This document shows positions 57,156 through 64,000 of a stretch of DNA of 64,000 bases, one piece after another. The translations under genes were made by a program, and so were the position numbers. A model generated the notes under the pieces. The model was not told the origin of the DNA, did not search any database, and saw only the letters and a list, made by a program, of their open reading frames with translations. Position 1 is the stretch's first letter. Each line of letters begins with the position of its first letter. The DNA is from Plasmodiophora brassicae (taxonomy: Eukaryota): NCBI GenBank assembly GCA_036867785.1, contig CP145423.1, positions 310,001-374,000 of the forward strand, in the 5' to 3' direction.

Positions 57156-58588
57156 ATGCTGGTGACGGTGTCCGTCGGCGGCGGTCTGAAGATGAGGATC
57201 CCGTGCGGGAACGGCAGCCAGCGGGTCGGATGGTTGCAGTCCGAGGTCATCCGGCGATGGGCGGCCCGGAAGGACGGCGACGTCCTGCGGATCCTCGAGC
57301 TGAAGACCATCAACAATGCGTCGCTGGACCCGGACGACCAGATCGCCGAAGTGCTGCGCGACGAGGACACCGTCATCGCCGTGCTGAAGACGTCGTCGGA
57401 CCGCGTCATGGTTGGCGATATGTTCGCGCACCGATACTACGTGACGGGCGTCCTCGGCGAAGGCACGTACGGGCACGTGTTCAGGGCTCGCGACCTGGAA
57501 CTGGAACGCGACGTTGCGCTGAAGTGCTTGAAGAAATCGAGGGCAACGCGCCTGAGCACGAAACGGTTCCTGAGAGAAGCGCGCGTCACTGCAAGCCTCG
57601 GTACTGCATCTGCCTTGAGATGTCGGGTTTCTCATTCGTTTCTGACCATTCGACCGTTGGACAGGGTTCCATACCAACATTGTGACCTTGTACGATAGCG
57701 GCCGAACTGAGGATGGCACTCTGTTTCTCGTCATGGAGTTGCTGCACGGCGAGTCGATGACGGCGCTTCTGGAGCGTCACGTATCGGAGCGACAGGCAGG
57801 TTAACAATACGGATACATCGAGCGTTGCGAATTCTGATCAGTGTCGTCAGGCCATCAGCGAACGCATGTGCGCCGAGATATTCGTACCGCTCCTGGACGG
57901 GCTACATGCGGCGCATTCGCTGAATCCGCCGGTTGTGCATCGCGACCTCAAACCCGACAACGTGTTCCTTGCCAAACCATCGCATGGTTACCGTGTTGGC
58001 ATTGAGTTCACTGGCGTTGGCTGACTCTGGCCGCAGCTGGGGATCCCGCCGTTCCCGTCATATTGGATTTCGGGATCGCTGTCTCCTCTGACCTCCTGCA
58101 TGATACTGCACCTTGCGGTACGAGGATGTATTCGTCTCCAGAGCAGACACGAAAGGTTGTGTTCGCCGCGGTCCTTTGTGCCACGCCTTTGACGTTGGCG
58201 ATCGTAGGGCGCACAGATCGATGCACGTAGCGATCTGTGGAGTCTGGGCGTTATGTTGTACCAGTGCGTTACGCTCTTCGTGGACATGCCGTTCGACCCC
58301 TTTGAGTTGCGAGCTGCTGGTACTCCAACACGTAATCGTGCTTGCTCTGGCGTTTTACATTTGACGGTCCGTTGCCCAGAGGGCGTCGTCCCTGACGTCC
58401 GCCTACATGCGTTCCAGCCCGTTTCCGACGCTTTCGCCGACATCATCATGAAGTCCCTTGAAGTCGACGTCGACAGACGATGGCAAACGGCCCTGGAGTT
58501 CCGCCAGGCCTTTCTTGCATTACACGACCTGGACGCTTCGAGAAGAACGCCATCCAGAGCGTTTCATGCCACTGCCAGCAAACTCTAA
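57156..58588 (+). CDS. Ser/Thr protein kinase of bacterial Pkn2/PknB type with N-terminal Par3/HAL-N (PB1-like) domain; ~6 exons
   Basis: RIPCGNGSQRVGWL...LDPDDQIAEVLRDEDTVIAV; then LGEGTYGHVFRARDLELERDVALK, RFLREARVTASL, HTNIVTLYDSG, HRDLKPDNVFL, LDFGIA, GTRMYSSPEQ, IDARSDLWSLGV. Confidence 0.9.
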
Positions 58589-58685
58589 ATCAGACTATTT
58601 AATGCATCGTACGACTTGTCGATGCTGTCCGAATGTATCGTGTCAGGCGCTATCCAAAAGCGATAGCTGGTTTATACGAACGTCC

Positions 58686-60062
58686 TCAATGGTTCAATGA
58701 CGTCGATGGTTCTGGTGCCGAGTCCCCGACACGACCGCCTGGCCCTGAATACCCGTTGCGAGCTTGTGGCAGACGGCCGGCGTTGCCTTCATTTCCAGCC
58801 AGGTTTGCCAAACCATTCAGCCACGGAGGCCCAGGCCGGTCACTGGAACGATCCGGCACTGGCATAGGGGCGACCATCTGCCCAGGACTCGTACTCGTTG
58901 GCATTTGTGGAACAACAGTGCGGTCCGACATGCCTGCTTGAGGGCCGATCAACACCACCGGGCCGTCCCCATGGGAGGCCACAGCGTAACCGCCCCCAGA
59001 CGCACGCCGACGCATGGTGACTGTGACCGGACCGGCAACGATTGGTGCCGCGTTAGCGTTTGCGTTGCGTCTGTGGCTGAATTGCAAACGGATCTGCATT
59101 CGGTCTGCCCCATTCACGATGCAGCGGAGAACCAGCTGTTGGGCCGCGACAGGTGCGGTTGTCGCCAGACGATGTCGCTGCCTTTGCGCCGGCCGGTGTT
59201 GGACGCGACGGGCAGGCGCATGAACGGGAGCGGGATTCAGTATGCTATTGATACTGAACTGTGGACATTCGATCGAATGGAAACGATGTGGATGGCTCGA
59301 GGCATCTGCATGCTGGCCATGTCCTGAGACAGCAGGTGCCCATGGTGGATGGGCGACGTTTACTGCCACTGGACAAGGCCTGCCGGACCTCGACACGTGG
59401 CCCACTGGTAGCAGCTGTCCGCCTGGGAGTCGCCAGAAGCCCGGCGACCTCACCGTCCGGCAGTCCACAATCGCGCAGACGCGGTTGACAATTCGTTCCA
59501 GGTGAAGGTTCCGGAAGCAGGTCTCCTCGACGTCGGTGAACACCAGCTGCATGCCCGACGCGTGTATCTCGTACGGACGTTCGAACGAGCTGGAGATGCG
59601 CGATCGCCCATGCCTGCAGATCCAGATCGCCCTATCCTTTTCAGGACTGGGGATCCACCGCCGTATCGCGTCTGGGACCTGACGATGCACAAGGCTGCGC
59701 AAGAAGGTTCCAGCGTCTTTGATGACATCCATCAGGTCAAGGTTAGCGAATGCGAAAGCGAGGCTCCGTGGGATTGGCAGGTTTGGATTCGACGGCGATA
59801 CGAGAACGGTTTTGCCCGCGAACATCGTGACGATGTCAGGCAGACTGTACGTGATACCGTCCGCTAGCGTCACCATCATGTTCGTCACGCGCCCCGCCAG
59901 TGGGCACCGGAACCACGTCACATTGGCGGCGTTCAGCAACGCGTCCGCGCGTTCAGCCTGTTCGGACGCCATCATTGGCACGGTCGACGGATGCACGGGC
60001 ACAACCACCGCCAGGGTATGGCTCGCAATGCCTGCGAGAAGGATCAAGGAGAAGGACGCCAT
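58686..60062 (-). CDS. Secreted U-box-domain protein, paralog A (candidate E3 effector)
   Basis: Signal peptide MASFSLILLAGIASHTLA; U-box-like WFRCPLAGRVTNMMVTLADGITY...SP..NLPI...NLDLMDVI; P/R-rich tail; intronless. Confidence 0.75.
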   Translation of the reverse strand: MASFSLILLAGIASHTLAVVVPVHPSTVPMMASEQAERADALLNAANVTWFRCPLAGRVTNMMVTLADGITYSLPDIVTMFAGKTVLVSPSNPNLPIPRSLAFAFANLDLMDVIKDAGTFLRSLVHRQVPDAIRRWIPSPEKDRAIWICRHGRSRISSSFERPYEIHASGMQLVFTDVEETCFRNLHLERIVNRVCAIVDCRTVRSPGFWRLPGGQLLPVGHVSRSGRPCPVAVNVAHPPWAPAVSGHGQHADASSHPHRFHSIECPQFSINSILNPAPVHAPARRVQHRPAQRQRHRLATTAPVAAQQLVLRCIVNGADRMQIRLQFSHRRNANANAAPIVAGPVTVTMRRRASGGGYAVASHGDGPVVLIGPQAGMSDRTVVPQMPTSTSPGQMVAPMPVPDRSSDRPGPPWLNGLANLAGNEGNAGRLPQARNGYSGPGGRVGDSAPEPSTSLNH

Positions 60063-60439
60063 CGTTGTCCGACCAGTTTCGGTGGTGGTCGTGCAAGACT
60101 TCTCCGCGACTGCGCAGTCCGCCCGCAGTGCAGATCTCGTACACTCTGGAGTCTGGGTCCTACACCGGCTCGGTCAAACGTCCACTGAGCAACAGTCACA
60201 AAACTCCGCGGTTTAGGGGTGTCTTCGGGTTTTCGAGCCCTATACTCGGAGAAGATGGACAGAAAGGAGCTGATGAAGATTCTGTTTGAACCATTGCCGC
60301 TATCGGCACTTGTCGGCGTCAGCTGTGGATTGAAGGAGGCATGAATGTAGCGTCTGCGGATGCTCACGCCACAAACCTTTGCAGCACGATCAGCTCTCGG
60401 ATTCAGATGTGCGGGTCGGGCTGAAGCGATAACCCCGCT

Positions 60440-60830
60440 ACGGCCACAGTCTGACAGACGGAGCGAGCAAATTGTTGACGGTTCCTTGTTGAGCGTCAAC
60501 CGGGATTGCAAGTCCTGGAGCGTGGAGCTGCTCGTACGTACGTGCTCATCAAGCGGACGATGTCATGCCGGCAGGTCCACATCGGCCCGCCATGCATACA
60601 CACCAGACGGTATTCATATGATATTTCCGGTGCGCTTCCGCGTTGCTCGAGGCCTTGCACGTAAAGTTCGGCGTTCCAATAGTGTCCATCAGGTCCATTC
60701 ACGAATGCGGATTTTAGCTCGGTTGTCAAACTGGCGAAAGAAGCATGTCCTTGGGGTCCAGCGTCGCGACTTGCAGACAATGTAGATCCACCAGTGTAAC
60801 CATCATGCTCGTCACCCGCCCTGGCTCGCC
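60440..60830 (-). pseudogene. Decayed third copy of the secreted U-box family
   Basis: Broken frames give GRVTSMMVTLVD, MLLSPV, DLMDT, MWTCRH and SVCQTV, collinear with the flanking paralogs; stops and frameshifts present. Confidence 0.6.
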
Positions 60831-61104
60831 AACGGGCACTTTGTCAGACTTGAGAGACAGACAGCCCCCAGTACCGCATCGGGGCGCACGCCCTGCTTCG
60901 GCTAGCTCAATACCCGGCGCGGGGCGACGAAAGGGGAATTTTACGACGTACGCATTGTGTTTTCAAGCAGAATCACGCCGAGCGCCAGATCACACGAGGC
61001 TCGGATCGCAGAACGTGGATGCACCACGCGGAGCTCTCCTGTGTCCGTTGTCCCAGACGGCGTCTGACCACGAATGGTTTATGAGAACGCTTTTCATGAT
61101 TCCG

Positions 61105-62514
61105 TCAGTTCGCGGTATTCTCGGTGGCATCGACGCACCCAGCTGGAACGGTGTGCCCGCTGTGAGCGCCTGCAGGTGGACGAACATTGCCGTGAACGTG
61201 CGCATTTGGGACCAGCTGGTCAACTGCCCGATCAGGAAGACGATCGACCCGGGTGCTGGGAGGCGCTGCGTCATAGGCGACATTATCGAGTATCTGATCG
61301 AGTTGCATAGGGCGAGGGGGACGCCGTCCCGCAGGAGCGGCCACGCTCATGGAACGCCGATGATTGGTAGCAACAATAGTCGGTGCTGGCACCTGCTGGG
61401 CGAAAACATTCGGAACGGTTGCTTCTTGGCTTCGCGCAGGCACCGCCGCAGGCTGTTGCGAGGACGCCGTCCTTGTCCCAGGTCGAGACGCTGCTGAACG
61501 AGCCGGGGATGGATTAGACAACGCGCGGTGCTGAGGATGCGCATGTCGTCGACGAAGCATGACAACCACCATCCGTCGACGAGTAGGGCCTGGGACCGTT
61601 GTCGGACCCGTGGAAACAGGACCTGGCCCCGCGTTTAAGGTCCCAGACCGGGTGCGATGTTGCACGTGGACATGCACCGGGACATGAGGGGTACCTCCGC
61701 GCCTGGGACGCGGGTCCGGACACGACATCGGGTTGAAACGGTGGACGCGCCGGACGTGAACGGTTGCGATGCGGGCACGGACGGGTACAGGATTCGGTTG
61801 GCTTGATGGAGGACTCGGGCGGTTCATGATTGCCATGAGCGGGTGGGGTATGCCGCTGGTGGACACGTCACCGACTCTGACCAGGTCCCCGCCAGGGACG
61901 TGCCACTTGGCCGACGGCCGCGTCGAGCAATCGACAGTCTGGCATACATTGTCGACAATACGTTCAAGGTGCAGGTTCCGGAAGCATGTTTCATCGATGT
62001 CCGTGAACACCAGCTGCATGCCGGACGCGTACACTTCGTACGGGCGCTTGAACGACTTTGCGAGGTGCGAACGGCCGTCCCTGCATATCCAGATCATCTT
62101 GTCGGCTTGGATAAACCGGCCGATGGCCTCTGGGACGTGACCCTGTTGAAGGCTGCGAAGGAACAGGTCGGCGTTCTTGATCATGTCCATCAGATCCAGG
62201 TTCATGTACGCGAAACCGAGGCTACGAGGGATTGGCATGTTCGTCATCGGTGACGACAGGGTGTCCTTGTCCCAGGACCTGGTGTACACTTCGTCCACGT
62301 CGTACGTGATGCCGTCCGCCAGCGTAATCATCATGTTCGCGACCCGGCCTGTCAACGGACATCGGAACCATGTCACGTTGGCGGCGTTCAGCAACGCGTC
62401 GGCATGGCGTGCCCGTTCAGGCGCCAACATCAGCGGGTCCGACGGGTACACAGGCACGAATACTCCCACCGCACAGCGCGCGACCACAATCGCTACGAGC
62501 GACGACGTCCACAT
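61105..62514 (-). CDS. Secreted U-box-domain protein, paralog B
   Basis: MWTSSLVAIVVARCAVG; WFRCPLTGRVANMMITLADGITYD...SSPMTNMPI...NLDLMDMI; shares TCFRNLHLERIV with paralog A. Confidence 0.78.
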   Translation of the reverse strand: MWTSSLVAIVVARCAVGVFVPVYPSDPLMLAPERARHADALLNAANVTWFRCPLTGRVANMMITLADGITYDVDEVYTRSWDKDTLSSPMTNMPIPRSLGFAYMNLDLMDMIKNADLFLRSLQQGHVPEAIGRFIQADKMIWICRDGRSHLAKSFKRPYEVYASGMQLVFTDIDETCFRNLHLERIVDNVCQTVDCSTRPSAKWHVPGGDLVRVGDVSTSGIPHPLMAIMNRPSPPSSQPNPVPVRARIATVHVRRVHRFNPMSCPDPRPRRGGTPHVPVHVHVQHRTRSGTLNAGPGPVSTGPTTVPGPTRRRMVVVMLRRRHAHPQHRALSNPSPARSAASRPGTRTASSQQPAAVPARSQEATVPNVFAQQVPAPTIVATNHRRSMSVAAPAGRRPPRPMQLDQILDNVAYDAAPPSTRVDRLPDRAVDQLVPNAHVHGNVRPPAGAHSGHTVPAGCVDATENTAN

Positions 62515-62821
62515 CGTGTTGTCCAACAGCAAGTTTCGATGGTGAAGGCGTGCAGTTTGACAAGTGTCGGTCTTGCGGAGACGGCCGACGGTCGTGGACC
62601 GCGCCTCCACTGGCATGCGACCAAATATAGACCTGTCAAACATGTCACACGACTCATCTCAGTGGACGCGCTGTCGCTGGCGCGACTCACGAACTGCGTG
62701 GCGGGGCACAGAAGCTGCTGGGTCCGTTCACGCCGAAGTTCGCTGGCTCTGCGTTTATTTCCGCGCGTTCCGGCCACCTGCTACGCCTGCATTGCGTTTC
62801 GTGTGAAACGGTACCCCCCGT

Positions 62822-64000
62822 TTATGTATCCAGTGTGAACCTGGAGTCGTTGTCGGTATACCTTGGCGCCGTCTTGCGGATGGGATTGGAGGATATAGCA
62901 CCAACGTGCTGGACGATGGACGGGGTGATTTCGAGTACGTCCCAGTCGTCCGAGCCCTGCATCCAGTCGAACATGTCGATGTCAATGGGGTCCAACTGGT
63001 CAACAGGCTTGCAAAGGCGCTGTTCCAGGTGCAGTTTCAAGGCGGTCGCTGAGCTTCTGGTGAAGACGTTCGCAACGTTGCCCGCTGACTCAGTGCATGG
63101 TTCAAGGTGTGGATCTCGTCTTTCAAACATCTCAACGATTTGCTGTCGCCCAAGGATCATCATTACGGCGATCGTAGTCCCGAAGACGGCGCATACGAAT
63201 TTGGCACCGGCCTTGAAGGTTCCAGTTTCAACAAGCAATGGTTCATAGTCACTTGAAAGCTCCATTATCATGAAGCGAGCCCGTCTGCAGAAGCATTTTG
63301 GGGCAATCCCAAGTATTGCAATGCAAACTGAAACAATGGCAGGAAACACAGTTAGCTCGAATAGCGTTCGAAATGTTATTCCGAACCCATTCAGGAAGTC
63401 ACCAACGTACGCCTTCAGCATAAGATGTTTTCGGCGGGGTTCCGGACGCTGTTCAAGCATCGCTCTCAGTCTCACCAGGAATGCTCTTGACAGCATGGCA
63501 TCCTCCTCGCAGATAATGCACCACGGTGCCTTCGAATCGAGACACGCGCGAAGCGCCTCGACGTAGCCGACGTATTGGTCCTGGATCCAACCGAAGACGT
63601 CCTCCGCCCCCGTCCGTGCTGTACCCGACCGCAACGAAGCACTAGTATTCTCCAGGTCTCTTGCCGTTATCGATTTCCGTTGAGCTGACTGTCGACCGTA
63701 AATGTCGCGGACCGTCACCCCGGGTACGTCCCGGAACCTGTCCAAACCTGGGTCGACCTGGCTCGGTTCGTTCGTGTTAATGAGAGCAACACGAACGGAT
63801 TTGAGGTCGCCTGCCGTGCTTCCCGTTATCAGCGACCAGAAGAAGACGTTCAGGTACGGGACGGGGCGCTTCGTCGTCATCACGACGAATGTGAAGTCAG
63901 GCGGGTCGGTTTCCGTTCCGAACGAAGCGGAAGACGGCTGAAAGGTGGACATAAACGCCGCAGTGGTCGCAATGACGTGATCGTGGACCGCGCGCGCATC
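62822..64000 (-). CDS. PGAP4: PGAP4/TMEM246-like GT-A glycosyltransferase, probably 5'-truncated by the window edge
   Basis: VVMTTKR..YL; YVEALRACL..WCIICEEDA; two TM helices inserted in the catalytic domain (LFELTV... and VMMILGRQ); PSIVQHVGAISS. The frame stays open to the window end. Confidence 0.65.
   Translation of the reverse strand, partial: DARAVHDHVIATTAAFMSTFQPSSASFGTETDPPDFTFVVMTTKRPVPYLNVFFWSLITGSTAGDLKSVRVALINTNEPSQVDPGLDRFRDVPGVTVRDIYGRQSAQRKSITARDLENTSASLRSGTARTGAEDVFGWIQDQYVGYVEALRACLDSKAPWCIICEEDAMLSRAFLVRLRAMLEQRPEPRRKHLMLKAYVGDFLNGFGITFRTLFELTVFPAIVSVCIAILGIAPKCFCRRARFMIMELSSDYEPLLVETGTFKAGAKFVCAVFGTTIAVMMILGRQQIVEMFERRDPHLEPCTESAGNVANVFTRSSATALKLHLEQRLCKPVDQLDPIDIDMFDWMQGSDDWDVLEITPSIVQHVGAISSNPIRKTAPRYTDNDSRFTLDT

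Noticed and set aside
1-64000. Prokaryotic origin, alternative genetic code or mass pseudogenisation to explain the broken ORFs
   Set aside because: Breaks coincide with ~45-120-nt GT...AG introns bearing branch-point motifs, and removing them restores conserved motifs in frame, including in the bacterial-like genes.

Overview
This is a gene-dense, GC-rich (~60%) eukaryotic window, not a prokaryotic one. Most genes are split by short (~45-120 nt) GT-AG introns with CTGAC/CTAAC-like branch points, which explains the fragmented ORF track. Ciliary genes (IFT27, EFHC/Rib72, WDPCP, FAM184-like) and effector-like secreted proteins suggest a compact-genome, zoospore-forming parasitic protist; Plasmodiophora/Phytomyxea is my inference. 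About 30 protein-coding genes are supported, including an ABCG transporter, anamorsin, PNP, G-alpha, a DEAD-box helicase, an AAA ATPase, an ankyrin protein, a C2H2 factor, a lipase, RING E3s, DCAF4, a kinase and a PGAP4-like enzyme. There is also a hAT remnant, a possible LINE remnant and two minisatellites. Most notable: (1) an intron-containing, bacterial exonuclease VII large-subunit-like gene with a mitochondrial-type presequence and a C-terminal membrane anchor; (2) a purine nucleoside phosphorylase with three tandem domains, one intact and two degenerate; (3) a ~6 kb island (23.4-29.7 kb) with four fold-back palindromes built from a decayed zinc-finger gene; (4) a tandem family of signal-peptide U-box proteins and a secreted SKP1-like/ankyrin protein; (5) a bacterial Pkn2/PknB-type kinase fused to a Par3/HAL-N (PB1-like) domain. 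All family assignments come from motifs recognised by eye; no database search was run.
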